From: Candidatus Bathyarchaeia archaeon
GTDB lineage: Archaea > Thermoproteota > Bathyarchaeia > 40CM-2-53-6
DNA: 64,000 bases
Direction: 5' to 3'
Assembly: GCA_049513715.1 (NCBI GenBank)
Contig: JBEKVV010000001.1
Coordinates: forward strand, 480,001-544,000
The notes under the pieces are model-generated. The model saw only the letters and a program-made list of their open reading frames with translations. It was not told the origin of the DNA and searched no databases. This document shows, one piece after another, positions 1 to 10,620 of this stretch (position 1 is its first letter; each line of letters starts with the position of its first letter). The position numbers were made by a program, and so were the translations under genes.

Positions 1-291
1 AGCGCGACGGATCGATAATACGATTGTTTTGCATCGTACATACGTCAACACATGCCTCACAGCCCGTACATCGGTTAGAGTCGACAATTAACCGGCGACG
101 CAATCTCTGAACCTCTTGGCCCTTGCCTGATGGGGTCTGATGACTTGCACTTTATTCTATTCGCGGCCTTTATTGTATATGAAGTATGAATTGTTCTTAG
201 TTAAACGCGAAAAGAACTGTTCGCGAACGCTTCACCTTATGCATCAATGTTTTTCTATAGCTGGAGCTCTCCGGTGGGCCTGAAATGCCCC

Positions 292-473
292 TTGGACAGA
301 TTAGGCTTAGGTTTAGCCGGAGTTCCCTACACCACGCATGAGATCGTGGAGCTCGCCAAGATAGTTGAGGAGAAGGGTTTTGATTCCATATGGGTGGCGG
401 AAGACTATCTCCTCAGAGATGCCATTACCACTTTGGCGGCTGTCGCGACTGCCACTAGCAGAGTCAGGTTAGG
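292..473 (+). pseudogene. 5' fragment of LLM-class (Mer-like) flavin/F420-dependent oxidoreductase
   Basis: TTG start, then DRLGLGL...LAKIVEEKGFDSIWVAEDY..RDAITTLAAVATATSRVRLG. This is a typical LLM N-terminus, cut off after about 60 codons. Confidence 0.8.
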
Positions 474-656
474 ACTACGCGGGCCAAATCCAATAATGTT
501 CCCGAACGAAATGTCAGCTCTTGCGGAGCCTTGGGTTCAACACCTCATCCAATGCATACCCTAGGCAAGTGAACGCTAAGACTATGAACGCTATGCATAC
601 ACCCGGAGGAATCACATACCAGTAAGCCCCTGCAAATAAGGCACCACGTGAGAACG
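474..656. repeat. Diverged copy of the oppF-3'/oppC-3' junction at 4498-4682
   Basis: actacgcgggccaaatccaataa vs actacgcggaccaaatccagtaa. The minus strand reads FSRGALFAGAYWYVIPPG...LNPRLRK, 42/46 aa identical to the OppC C-terminus. Confidence 0.9.
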
Positions 657-1191
657 TCCGTCTGCGATGTCTGGGGGCGTAAGCGACTCCAAACTTCCAG
701 ATATCCAAGCAGGTTTCGAGAGTGCCCTATCGATGCTGACAACCGTTCTAGCTGGAGCCCACTGGACCAGAGTGGTTGCTGGAGCTCTTGAGTATCATTT
801 CACTGCATCATATGAGATGCTCGTGATTCATGATGAAATGTTCGGAATGGCGCTGAGAATCGCACGCGGAATGGAAATAAACGAGGACACGATGGCAACA
901 TCACTGATCAAGACCATAGCCCCTCTCGGTGGGCATTACATGGCGGAGAAGCATACCCTTGACCACATAACCAGTGAGAGATACCTACCAAAAATCAGTG
1001 ACAAGCGCACGCGAGGAGACTGGGAAAAAGCAGGTTCAAAGAATTTGGCTCACGTCGCAAAGGACCGCGTCAAACACATTCTGGCAACTCATCAACCAGA
1101 CCCTCCTTTGCCCAAGGATATTCAGAAAGAACTTGATGCGACGAAAACTGAAATAGAGAAAAGACTTGTCAAGGCGAAAGTGTCAGCCTAA
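657..1191 (+). pseudogene. 3' fragment of trimethylamine methyltransferase MttB-family protein (non-pyrrolysine)
   Basis: GGVSDSKLPDIQAGFES, GGHYMAEKHT and DWEKAGSK motifs. Val sits at the position before SDxK where Pyl occurs in methanogen MttB. The N-terminal part is missing. Confidence 0.8.
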
Positions 1192-1351
1192 GAATCTTCT
1201 TCATCTTCAAGTCATTTCCATCATAAGAGAGAGGGCAAAAATCTTATCTCTGATCAACTGGAACGGAGACGAATGAGTGTAGAGCAATCTGCTAGACCTC
1301 AAAGAAGTCATTATCGACGTAGTCGATTCCCTTAAGACGAGAATATTTGAG

Positions 1352-2506
1352 GTGAGCGAGACTATTCATGCAAACCCGGAGCTGGGACTCAAGGAGTTCA
1401 AAGCATCAGAACTTCTATCTTCAATTTTGGAAAAAACCGGTTTCGCGGTGGAACGCGGGATTGGGGGAATGCCTACAGCCTTCAAGGCCACCTTCTCTGC
1501 AGGCCGTTCGGGTCCGCACTTGGCATATCTAGCAGAGTACGATGCGCTCCCCGAAATTGGACACGGGTGCGGCCACAACATTATTGGAACCTCAGCAGTC
1601 TTTTCGGCAATCTCTTTGAGCAAGCTCTCTGAGAAACTGAGTGGACAGATCACGGTTTTTGGGACCCCCGACGAGGAGGGCACGGGAGGCAAGATACCGA
1701 TAGTCAAAGCAGGTTTCTTTGGAGACGTTGACGCGGCAATAATGACACACCCCTGGAATCTCACGTCCCCCTGGATGCCGTCAGTTGGCGTAGCAAGTCT
1801 CACTATCAATTTCACTGGAAAATCAGCCCATTACTCTACCCCACATAGAGGGGCGAACGCACTTGACGGCGTGGTTCTGACTCTTGCAGCGCTGAACGGT
1901 CTCCGACACAACTTCAGAAATGACGTCGTCTACGGATACACAATTGACCAAGGTGGTGTTAGCCCCAGCATCATTCCAGAGAAGGCCAGTGCCAGGTTGT
2001 GGATCAAGTCGACAGATTTGCGAAACCTAACAGAGGTTGTGGACCGGGTAAAAGCATGCGCCGAGGGCATCGCCAAATCCTTAGGCGCCAGAGTCACGGT
2101 TGAGCATCAGTATCCTCTGTTCGAAGAGTCAATCCCTAACCTGACATTAATGCATGAACTCTCGATGAATTTCACACGACTCGGTATTCCTTTCAAGGCT
2201 CCCGAGGAAACATCTCGTTCACTGGTTTATGTTTCAACGGATTACGGTAACGTAAGTCATGTTGTTCCAGGCATATCGCCGGCGATATCTATAGGCCCCG
2301 AAACCCTCAGCGCGCATACTCCTGAGTTCGCGGAAGCCGCAATTTCCAAGAGAGGCACTGATGCCCTGGTTGAGATCACCAAAGCCATGGCGATGACCGG
2401 CGCGGACGTTCTCAGTAGACCAGAAGTCGTTGAATTGGCTAAGAGAGAATTCCTGAAATACAAAGCATCTGGGTTCAGTGACGTGCCCTTGGCACCAATC
2501 TACTAA
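1352..2506 (+). CDS. M20 family metallopeptidase/amidohydrolase (AbgB/Acy1L2-like)
   Basis: HANPELGLKE, AEYDALP..GHGCGHN, GTPDEEG, STDYGNVS. The frame is open upstream to CTG at 1289. Confidence 0.9.
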   Translation: MSETIHANPELGLKEFKASELLSSILEKTGFAVERGIGGMPTAFKATFSAGRSGPHLAYLAEYDALPEIGHGCGHNIIGTSAVFSAISLSKLSEKLSGQITVFGTPDEEGTGGKIPIVKAGFFGDVDAAIMTHPWNLTSPWMPSVGVASLTINFTGKSAHYSTPHRGANALDGVVLTLAALNGLRHNFRNDVVYGYTIDQGGVSPSIIPEKASARLWIKSTDLRNLTEVVDRVKACAEGIAKSLGARVTVEHQYPLFEESIPNLTLMHELSMNFTRLGIPFKAPEETSRSLVYVSTDYGNVSHVVPGISPAISIGPETLSAHTPEFAEAAISKRGTDALVEITKAMAMTGADVLSRPEVVELAKREFLKYKASGFSDVPLAPIY

Positions 2507-2519
2507 GGAATGATGGATT

Positions 2520-3476
2520 TTGTCCGAACCGCTCCTCAGAGTGGAAAACCTGAGGACGTGCTACTTCACCAAGGAAGGAGAGACCAATGCTGTAGATGGG
2601 GTCAGCTTCCAACTACTCAAAGGGCAGACGCTGGGTATAACAGGTGAGTCAGGTTGCGGAAAGAGCACTTTGGCGCATTCGGTGCTTAGACTGTTGCCGC
2701 GCTCTGCCAGAGTCGTTTCGGGGACAATTAGCTACAAGGGCCTTGATTTAGTATCTGCATCTGAAGCTAAGCTTAGGGAGATTAGGTGGCGAAGAATCTC
2801 CCTGATTTTTCAAGCTGCTATGAACGCGCTCAACCCGGTTCGCTGTGTTGGAGAGCAGATATCTGAAGTCATCATTTATCATGAGAAAACTACAAAGCGC
2901 GAAGCTCGGAGGCGGACCAAGCGCTTATTCGAAATGGTTGGACTCGACTCTGCAAGGATGAACGACTATCCGCACGAATTCAGTGGCGGTATGAGACAGA
3001 GGATTGTAATTGCGATGGCTATCGCCTGTGAACCTGACCTCATCATAGCTGATGAACCAGCGACTGCTTTGGATGTTCTTGTGCAAGCTCAAATCCTCGA
3101 CCTTCTGGATTCGCTGAAACGAGAATTGAAAATCTCGATGATACTCATCACTCATGACCTCTCAGTGGTGAAGGAACTGAGCGACTTTGTTGCTGTAATG
3201 TACGCGGGCAAAGTCGTGGAATATGCACCAGTAGACTTAATCCTCAAGGACCCCCACCACCCGTACACGAGGGCATTAATTCAGGCCCTTCCGCAAATCA
3301 GCGGAGGTAGACATAGCCTCAAGTCGTTAGCTGGTACACCACCGAACCTAATTCATCCACCCCCTGGATGTAGATTCCATCCGCGATGCCCCTTTGTTAT
3401 GGACAGGTGCAAAGTAGAGGAACCACCGTTAGCAGAACATGGAACAAACCATAGGTCAGCCTGTTTCTTGCCGTGA
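2520..3476 (+). CDS. oppD: Oligopeptide ABC transporter ATP-binding subunit (OppD/DppD)
   Basis: GESGCGKS, FSGGMRQR, IIADEP and C-terminal GCRFHPRC domain. Confidence 0.93.
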   Translation: MSEPLLRVENLRTCYFTKEGETNAVDGVSFQLLKGQTLGITGESGCGKSTLAHSVLRLLPRSARVVSGTISYKGLDLVSASEAKLREIRWRRISLIFQAAMNALNPVRCVGEQISEVIIYHEKTTKREARRRTKRLFEMVGLDSARMNDYPHEFSGGMRQRIVIAMAIACEPDLIIADEPATALDVLVQAQILDLLDSLKRELKISMILITHDLSVVKELSDFVAVMYAGKVVEYAPVDLILKDPHHPYTRALIQALPQISGGRHSLKSLAGTPPNLIHPPPGCRFHPRCPFVMDRCKVEEPPLAEHGTNHRSACFLP

Positions 3477-3482
3477 TACGAC

Positions 3483-4520
3483 TTGACGCCACCTAGTCAC
3501 GAAACGGACCCTTCGAACGACGAAAACGAGCCGGTAGTTGCAGTTGACGGCTTGAAGGTCTGGTTTCCTGTTAGGTCTGGCGTTCTATCCGGTTTGTTGC
3601 GAAAACCTGAGAAGTATGTGCACGCCGTTGATGGTGTGAAACTTGACATAAGGAAACACGAAATATTCTGTCTTGCTGGCGAGAGCGGGAGCGGAAAATC
3701 AACCACCGGCCTAGCAATACTCAGACTAGTCGATCCAACGGAAGGCAGTGTCGTATTCAAGGGAGAGGAGATTCTCACTCTCAAGAAGAAGCAACTGAAG
3801 AAGATTCGTCGCTGGATGCAGATGATTTTCCAAGATCCCTACGAGTCACTTAACCCTCGGATGACCGTATTCGATGCCGTGGCTGAGCCTCTCGAGATCC
3901 ACGGCCTTACTAGGTCGGAGAAAGAGAAGCGAGGCCGAGTTGTCGAACTCTTGCAAAGCGTGGAACTGACGCCGCCTGAGAACTTCATCCATAAGTTTCC
4001 ACATGAACTTAGCGGCGGACAACGTCAGCGCGTGGCCATCGCCGCAGCATTAGCTCTGAACCCGGAATTTCTTGTTGCGGATGAACCTGTTTCCATGCTT
4101 GACCTCTCGATTAGAGCGGAGATTCTGAACTTGTTGCTATCGTTGAGAGACAAACTGGGTCTCGCAATTTTGTTCATTACCCATGACCTTTCCACAGCTT
4201 ATCACATCGCCGACCGGATCGCCATAATGTACCTTGGCAAGGTCATGGAGATGGGTTCAGCTGAAGACGTGATAACCAATTCGCTGCATCCCTACACCAA
4301 AGCTCTAATCGCCGCTATTCCCGGCACAGAAAGTAAGGAACAGCTATGGAGAAAGATCACCAAAGCGGAGATTCCTAGCGCCATCAATATTCCGTCCGGT
4401 TGTCGATTTCACGACCGTTGCCCATACGCCACAGACAAGTGCAGCGCTCAGCAACCTGAGCTCGTTGAGCTACGCCCAGGCCATTTGGTGGCATGCCACT
4501 ACGCGGACCAAATCCAGTAA
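3483..4520 (+). CDS. oppF: Oligopeptide ABC transporter ATP-binding subunit (OppF/DppF)
   Basis: GESGSGKS, QMIFQDPY, LSGGQRQR, VADEPVS, GCRFHDRC. Confidence 0.93.
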   Translation: MTPPSHETDPSNDENEPVVAVDGLKVWFPVRSGVLSGLLRKPEKYVHAVDGVKLDIRKHEIFCLAGESGSGKSTTGLAILRLVDPTEGSVVFKGEEILTLKKKQLKKIRRWMQMIFQDPYESLNPRMTVFDAVAEPLEIHGLTRSEKEKRGRVVELLQSVELTPPENFIHKFPHELSGGQRQRVAIAAALALNPEFLVADEPVSMLDLSIRAEILNLLLSLRDKLGLAILFITHDLSTAYHIADRIAIMYLGKVMEMGSAEDVITNSLHPYTKALIAAIPGTESKEQLWRKITKAEIPSAINIPSGCRFHDRCPYATDKCSAQQPELVELRPGHLVACHYADQIQ

Positions 4521-4539
4521 TATCTACTAGAACACAATG

Positions 4540-5418
4540 TCAGCCCTTGCGGAGCCTCGGGTTGAGTACCTCATCGAATGCATACCCTAGGCAGGTGAAC
4601 GCCAAGACTATGAGCGCTATGCATATACCCGGGGGAATCACATACCAGTAAGCCCCAGCGAATAGGGCGCCACGTGAGAACGCAAAGTTCAGCATTGTTC
4701 CCCAGCTCAGCCGCGTTGGGTCACCCAGACCTAGGAAACTAATAGTGGCCTCCGACAGGATCGCTGAACCAATAACCAAGACTGTGTTAGCGAAAAGCAG
4801 CGGCAGAATACCGGGCAAGACGTGGCGCAATATTATGTGGCGTTCAGATGCGCCTAGGGAACGAGCCCGCAACGTATATGACAGCTCACGTATAACCAAC
4901 GTTTGTGAACGGGCAATTCTAGCGGTTCCGGGCCAACCAAGAATTCCGATAACGAAGATAACATTCCAGATGGTTGAGCCCAACAGAGCAGCTAGTATTA
5001 TGATCAATGGAAGCGCGGGAATGATCAAGAAGATATCGATGAAACGAACCAGCACTGTCCCCAATATTCCACGGTAGTATCCTGAAAGCAAGCCAACGAT
5101 GGTCCCTACGACCACCGATATTGTTGCTGCCAACAATCCAACAAGGAGCGATACACCCGCGCCCTTCAAAACTTGGCTCAGCACATCGCGGCCAACATCG
5201 TCCGTCCCGAAAGGATGAGCCCACGATGGTGGATTGAGGATCTCCGCGAAGGTGCCCACGCCCGATGTCTCGTAAGGCGTAAAGAAATTGCCAATCAGCG
5301 CCATAATAACGAAAACCACTAGCATGACCAAGCCAATCATGCCTAGAGAATTTGCGCGGAAGACATTCCACAAGCCTGCGAATTGTCTCTTGTAGATTCC
5401 GAACTTTTCGGTGTACAT
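4540..5418 (-). CDS. oppC: Oligopeptide ABC transporter permease (OppC/DppC)
   Basis: HPFGTDDVGRD, ARSLGAS...RHVLP, SFLGLG. Start placed at MYTEK (ORF track start 5457). Confidence 0.92.
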   Translation of the reverse strand: MYTEKFGIYKRQFAGLWNVFRANSLGMIGLVMLVVFVIMALIGNFFTPYETSGVGTFAEILNPPSWAHPFGTDDVGRDVLSQVLKGAGVSLLVGLLAATISVVVGTIVGLLSGYYRGILGTVLVRFIDIFLIIPALPLIIILAALLGSTIWNVIFVIGILGWPGTARIARSQTLVIRELSYTLRARSLGASERHIILRHVLPGILPLLFANTVLVIGSAILSEATISFLGLGDPTRLSWGTMLNFAFSRGALFAGAYWYVIPPGICIALIVLAFTCLGYAFDEVLNPRLRKG

Positions 5419-5420
5419 GA

Positions 5421-6392
5421 TCAATACCTGACTCGCGGGTCGAGGTAAGCGTAGCACAGGTCGGTAATGAGGTTGGCAATGATCACGCTTACGGATATCG
5501 CCAAGAAAGCGCCTTCTAGGACAGGGTAATCGCGCGTCGCTATGGACTCAAAGACTAGGCGACCGATTCCCGGGTAAGAAAACACGGTCTCTGTCTGAAT
5601 CGCTCCTCCAACAATCAAGCCGATGTTGAGTCCGATCAACGTGACCAGTGGAAGGAGCGCGTTCTTGAAAACGTGATCTCGAATTATCTTGACATCACCG
5701 AAACCCTTCGCCTTCGCGGTGAGGATGTAATCTTGGACACATACATCCACCACTGAGCTACGCATGATCAAGGCATACTGCCCGACTAAGACCAAGGTCA
5801 GAACAACGGTCGGCAGGAAGAGGTGTGCGCCGAGGTCGGAGAGATATGGGAGAAGGCCCTCGTTTTGCACGCCATAGGATGCGATTCCTGATGTTGGAAA
5901 CCATCCCATCATCACCGCGAAGAACATTATGAAAACCATGCCGAGCCAGAATACTGGGAGCGAGTAGACGAACATAGATGAAAGAAGAGCACCGCCCTCG
6001 AATTTGCTGCCTCGTTTCCAACCAGCCAGAGTTCCGATAAGTGTCCCGATTACGATCGAAAGAATTGTCGCCGGGGTGACCAAAATCAGTGTGTTCATAA
6101 GTCGTTCGCTGACGAGGACGGTTACCGGTATTTTGTAGACAAGTGAGATACCAAGATTGCCAGAAAAAATGTTTTGGATGTATAAGAAGAACTGAACATA
6201 AAGCGGGGCATCAAGTCCGTAAGCGTGCGCCATCTCCTGCCTCATTTCTGGAGGCATCCTAGGATCCCTCAGGAGAAGGGCGAAGGGGTTACCTGGCATA
6301 GCATGAAAAAGGAGGAAGTTTAGGAGGATGATGGCGAGGAATGTTATGATGGCCGGTATCACGCGACGTGAAGCGTACTGCATTAGCCCCAT
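5421..6392 (-). CDS. oppB: Oligopeptide ABC transporter permease (OppB/DppB)
   Basis: GNLGIS, DYILTAKAKG, HVFKNALLP, ETVFSYPGIG, LDPRV. Confidence 0.93.
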   Translation of the reverse strand: MGLMQYASRRVIPAIITFLAIILLNFLLFHAMPGNPFALLLRDPRMPPEMRQEMAHAYGLDAPLYVQFFLYIQNIFSGNLGISLVYKIPVTVLVSERLMNTLILVTPATILSIVIGTLIGTLAGWKRGSKFEGGALLSSMFVYSLPVFWLGMVFIMFFAVMMGWFPTSGIASYGVQNEGLLPYLSDLGAHLFLPTVVLTLVLVGQYALIMRSSVVDVCVQDYILTAKAKGFGDVKIIRDHVFKNALLPLVTLIGLNIGLIVGGAIQTETVFSYPGIGRLVFESIATRDYPVLEGAFLAISVSVIIANLITDLCYAYLDPRVRY

Positions 6393-6438
6393 CAGTGTCC
6401 CTCGTGGGCACTTTCCAAGATCGCTCTTATGTTATGTT

Positions 6439-8205
6439 CTAGTCTTTCGTAGCGGTGCGACGACGCATTGCAGTGTAGCCGATTGCTGCGATTGCGATAA
6501 TGATGGCAACTGCTGCTACAATCCAAGGCGTATTGTCTGGAGCTGAAGCCGCGGTTGTCGTGCCAGTGGTCATAGTCACTTGCGGTGGCGTAATCAAGCG
6601 GACTGAAAGCCAGCTCCAAATGTTGATTTCCGATAGTACGCCTTCAGTCATGGAAATGAACCCTGTGAATTTGTCGATTCTGTAAGCAGCGATGTTCCTC
6701 ATGTTGTAGATCGGAATCTCAGGCGACTCCTGTTGAATGAGGTCTTGCATCTGCCATACGATTGCCTTACGTTGGTCAGGATCTAGTGTGTAGCGCTGTT
6801 TTTGGTAGAGTTGATCGTAGGTAGAGTTCGACCAGCCGCTAGCACTCCATTGCGCTCTCACGGAATCAGTTGTTAGCACCCAAAGCCGCCTGTCCCAGTC
6901 AGGCCCAATGCTCCATCCCCAGAGGTATATGTCATACCTCCAGACAGGATAGTTGTAGGCGATTATTGTATCTCCATCCATGGCTTGCACGTTTAGTTTG
7001 ATACCGATTTGAGCGAACCACTGTTGAATTTGACTTGCAGCCCTCATCTCCTCAGGCCACCTGTTCAGAACCCAGTAGTTGAATTCGAGCCTGACCCCTT
7101 TCGAGTTGGATCTGACTCCAGTGTGTTGCGGATCAGTGTAACCAGCGGCTTCGAGAATCTGAGCAGCGGTCGTCAGGTTGAATGGGTATGGTTGAACATT
7201 CGGGTTGTGCCAAATTCCGTATGCGGGTGGGAGGAATGATACCGCTGGATCGGCCAATCCGAGTTGAACTGTTTGGGCCAGGAGATCCCTGTCGATCGCG
7301 TACGACATCGCTCGCCTTACACGAGCGTCTCTGAGAGCCACGTTGCCAGTACCATTGATGTTGTCATTCGGCGTGAAGATGCGGGTCCAGAAGTCAGGTG
7401 AAGTGGTGACTTTAATGTTAGGATCGCTGGTCAGAGAACTTGCACTGAGCGCTGGAACTTCGCGCGCGACAACATCAATCTCACCCGTCTTCAGAGCCGC
7501 CAGCATCGTATCGTAGTCCTTGAAAAGGGTGAAAACTATTTCATCTAGGTATGGTCGTCCGTGCCAGTAGTTTGGATTTGCTTTTAGACTAAGGAACTCG
7601 CCTCTCTTCCACTGGTCAAATAAGAATGGACCAGATCCGACACATGGAACGTTGTCGAATTTGAGAATCTGGTCAGGCGTGATCTTTTCCCAAATATGCT
7701 TTGGCAACACTGGAAAACCGCTATAGGCAAGAGTCCCATCAAAACCGGCAGAAAGCGGACTCTTTCTCGTAATAACCACAGTGTAATTGTCCGGAGTATT
7801 CACAGATTGAACGGATTCCACGTATGACGCGGCAGACCCTATGTTGTTTGCAATGGCAAAGTCGTAAGTGAATTTCACATCCGCAGCCGTCAGTGGAACG
7901 CCATCGCTCCACGTTGCGTTTTTGACCAGGTGAAATGTCCAAGTTGAACCGTCTGGCGAGACATCCCAAGACGACGCGAGCCAAGGAACTATGTTCATGT
8001 TTTGATCATATTTGCCGAGAGTGTCATATGTCAATGAGAGAACATAGATAGATTCGTCCAATACCGTCACGAATGGGTTCAGGGTATCTCCCTCTGTTAC
8101 CCATCCTACTTTCAGAGTTCCACCATACGGTGTCGTAGGTGCCTGTGCATTTACTGGAACTAGGACTAGAACGCTAAGAAACAAAGCGAGAAAAGCTATT
8201 CTCAT
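6439..8205 (-). CDS. oppA: ABC transporter substrate-binding protein, family 5 (OppA/DppA), C-terminally anchored
   Basis: Signal peptide, PWLASSW, WSDGVPLTAADVKFT, GSGPF, Thr-rich linker and a C-terminal TM helix with basic tail (archaeal architecture). Confidence 0.92.
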   Translation of the reverse strand: MRIAFLALFLSVLVLVPVNAQAPTTPYGGTLKVGWVTEGDTLNPFVTVLDESIYVLSLTYDTLGKYDQNMNIVPWLASSWDVSPDGSTWTFHLVKNATWSDGVPLTAADVKFTYDFAIANNIGSAASYVESVQSVNTPDNYTVVITRKSPLSAGFDGTLAYSGFPVLPKHIWEKITPDQILKFDNVPCVGSGPFLFDQWKRGEFLSLKANPNYWHGRPYLDEIVFTLFKDYDTMLAALKTGEIDVVAREVPALSASSLTSDPNIKVTTSPDFWTRIFTPNDNINGTGNVALRDARVRRAMSYAIDRDLLAQTVQLGLADPAVSFLPPAYGIWHNPNVQPYPFNLTTAAQILEAAGYTDPQHTGVRSNSKGVRLEFNYWVLNRWPEEMRAASQIQQWFAQIGIKLNVQAMDGDTIIAYNYPVWRYDIYLWGWSIGPDWDRRLWVLTTDSVRAQWSASGWSNSTYDQLYQKQRYTLDPDQRKAIVWQMQDLIQQESPEIPIYNMRNIAAYRIDKFTGFISMTEGVLSEINIWSWLSVRLITPPQVTMTTGTTTAASAPDNTPWIVAAVAIIIAIAAIGYTAMRRRTATKD

Positions 8206-8439
8206 AGCCGCAAATTGAGGGTACCCTATATTTAAAACTGCAGACTAGCCATGAAAAACTAATTCTTCCCAGCCTCAACTCCTTTCCTAATTCTGATCAT
8301 TGCTTATCTTCGAAGTAGTACTGGCTTCTAGAGTCTCGGAGGTAGGCTTAAGTTGACTGGGCGTTTTGGCGTTCATTTCGTAGAATCTTCACAAGGATCT
8401 CAGGCCACGTGGCCTTCAAAGCATCTGACACAGAAGGGG

Positions 8440-8735
8440 CTAGTTGGCGGCACTCTTAGGTTTCCGGAGGGCAATCCCAAGCCAGACCAGACCCGCGATT
8501 GCTATTATCACAGCTATTATTGTTAGGGCATTGGTCAAGCCGAAGGGGTTTCCGCCCGCGAACTGGCGGCCTCCCGTGAAGTTTCCCGTGAAGTTTCCGT
8601 TGAAGTTTCCATTCGGACGAAACATCTGCCGGACGAATAAGGCGCGTACTGCTTCTAAATAGCGGAAACCGCCATAAGGGCGACACCAACCACTGTGACA
8701 AAGTACGAATATTTCACTTGTTCTTTAGCGTCCAA
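8440..8735 (-). pseudogene. Small 2-TM protein with GNF repeats, apparently frameshifted near 8657
   Basis: TTG-DAKEQVKYSYFVTVVGVALMAVSAI hits TAG. Adding one base joins it to EAVRALFVRQMFRPNGNFNGNFTGNFTG and a second TM helix. Confidence 0.55.
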
Positions 8736-9011
8736 TTAACTACACCCTGTAGTTGCCGCAGTCTTCAGGCCGATATATAATGAATATGGATGAATCATCC
8801 AAGCAGTCAGAAGACAATCCTAGATGAGCGAATTGATTGTAACGTTACTGTTTGGTGATCTGTCAAGTCAATGATAGACTTCACACTTTCTAGCCGGAGT
8901 CAATGGTAACTATCTGCTTGCTTGAAGGTGCGGCTTATCAATAGCGGCGGCCTTGGGGACAGCCCGGATTATTTGCGGTACCTAACACGCGCTTACTGGG
9001 ATAGCAGGAGA

Positions 9012-9189
9012 CTAAGAGACGAAGATCTCTGCTTTGCTCCCTTCATTTTGGATGTCTTCCTGAGTTCGCTTCAGTCTCTCAACAGACCGTCCAACCAGCG
9101 CGACTTGGCCGCCGTTAATTGCTATGCTTCCCGCTATCTCTCCCAATCCCAGTGCCAGCTCAGGTAACGACAGCGTTCTTCTCTTCCAT
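9012..9189 (-). pseudogene. Decayed short-chain dehydrogenase (SDR) 5' fragment
   Basis: MEEKNAVVT*AGTGIGR (TGxGxGIG with a stop in place of Gly), then a frameshift to EIAGSIAINGGQVALVGRSVERL. Confidence 0.7.
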
Positions 9190-9240
9190 CCCCGAACCCT
9201 TCTACACATTTCTGTGAGAATCAGTTACAGGATTCCCCAA

Positions 9241-10620
9241 TTAGGCGGGTATCCTGAATTTTGGCTCAGGCAATTCTATTGTTTCCGGGAATGGCTCGCC
9301 GAATGGCTTTGTTGCATCAATGGCCATTCCAGACACTACGCAATCTTCTTTGGCTGAGGGATCAGCAGGGCCTCCAGCAACTCTTGGAAAAACGTAGACA
9401 TCCGTGTCCGGCTGGGCCCTAGTTGCTATGGCCCATTCAACCTCAACGGGGTCATAAACATCGATATCCTCATCCACGACAACGACATTCTTTACATCGA
9501 GTCTCGATCCGTACGCGGCCAGCATTACGTTCTTTGCTTGTTCTTTGTAGGTTTGCTTGATTGATATTACAACGTGATTCTGACCAATCCCACCTGATGT
9601 GAAGTGGACAGCCTTCACCGTTGGACATGCCTGTCGAATATAGCGATAGAAACTAGCGTCTACGGGAATTGAGCGTAGGTTGTGGCCTTCGTTTGGTGGT
9701 CTACCTGGATGAATAGCGTGATAGATGGGCTCCTCTCGCGTGGTTATGGCTTTTACAATTATTATTGGGCTGTTGACTCCGGCTCCGTAGTATCCAGACA
9801 TCTCGCCAAAAGGCCCTTCCATTTCCCTTACGTTTGGAGGAACTTCGCCTTCGATGACTATTTCAGCTGTGGCCGGCACCTCGATATCAACCGTCCTGCA
9901 TCTGACAAGCTCTACAGGTTTTCCTCGTAATCCACCGGCGACCGCTAGCTCGTCTCCGTAAATTCCCTTAATCGGAACCGTTTGAGATGCTATTGGGATA
10001 ATCGGATCCGTTCCTATTACTATGGCGACTTCGAGAGGCCTACCCATCGACTCCGACCTTTGGTAATATGCGCCTAAATGTCGACCGGCGTCGATGACGA
10101 GCGCCAGTTTATTCTTTCCCTTGACCATGCATCGATGGATAGATACGTTTCTCCCATATTCGGGGTCTTTGGCTATCACGATACTCGTTACATATGGTCC
10201 ACCATCTTTGGGCGCATGAGTTAGAATGGGGAGCTTGGCCAAATCAACTTCCTCTCCCAACCAGACAACCTCTTGACAGGGCCCCTTACTCACTATTGTA
10301 GGATGGACTTCATTTTCCATTCCATGAAGAAAGTCTTTAGGAGCGCTCTCTTTGGTTGTCCCTAAAATCGAAAGCACTCTCTCTTCAGTAGCATAGACCC
10401 CTCCCACAACGGGTATTCTGTGGCCTCTAACGTTCTTAAAGTAAAGAGCTGGCCCTCCTATCTTGCAGGTTTTCTGGAGCCCTGCTGAAATCTCACATTT
10501 TACATCTACTTCTTCTCGTATTGTCGCCATTTCTTTTTTTTCTTCAAGGTAATTCAAGAATGCTCTCAGATCGTCCCACAAAGGAATTAACTCATCTATG
10601 AGGAAACACCGCATCTTCAT
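9241..10620 (-). CDS. UbiD family prFMN-dependent (de)carboxylase
   Basis: DDLRAFL, GPALYF, DGGPY, NVSIHR, EGPFGEMSGYY, VVDEDID, EWAIATR, IDAT. Confidence 0.93.
   Translation of the reverse strand: MKMRCFLIDELIPLWDDLRAFLNYLEEKKEMATIREEVDVKCEISAGLQKTCKIGGPALYFKNVRGHRIPVVGGVYATEERVLSILGTTKESAPKDFLHGMENEVHPTIVSKGPCQEVVWLGEEVDLAKLPILTHAPKDGGPYVTSIVIAKDPEYGRNVSIHRCMVKGKNKLALVIDAGRHLGAYYQRSESMGRPLEVAIVIGTDPIIPIASQTVPIKGIYGDELAVAGGLRGKPVELVRCRTVDIEVPATAEIVIEGEVPPNVREMEGPFGEMSGYYGAGVNSPIIIVKAITTREEPIYHAIHPGRPPNEGHNLRSIPVDASFYRYIRQACPTVKAVHFTSGGIGQNHVVISIKQTYKEQAKNVMLAAYGSRLDVKNVVVVDEDIDVYDPVEVEWAIATRAQPDTDVYVFPRVAGGPADPSAKEDCVVSGMAIDATKPFGEPFPETIELPEPKFRIPA

Noticed and set aside
9160..9162. In-frame TGA as selenocysteine
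   Set aside because: It replaces the Rossmann glycine and is followed by a frameshift, so it reflects decay.
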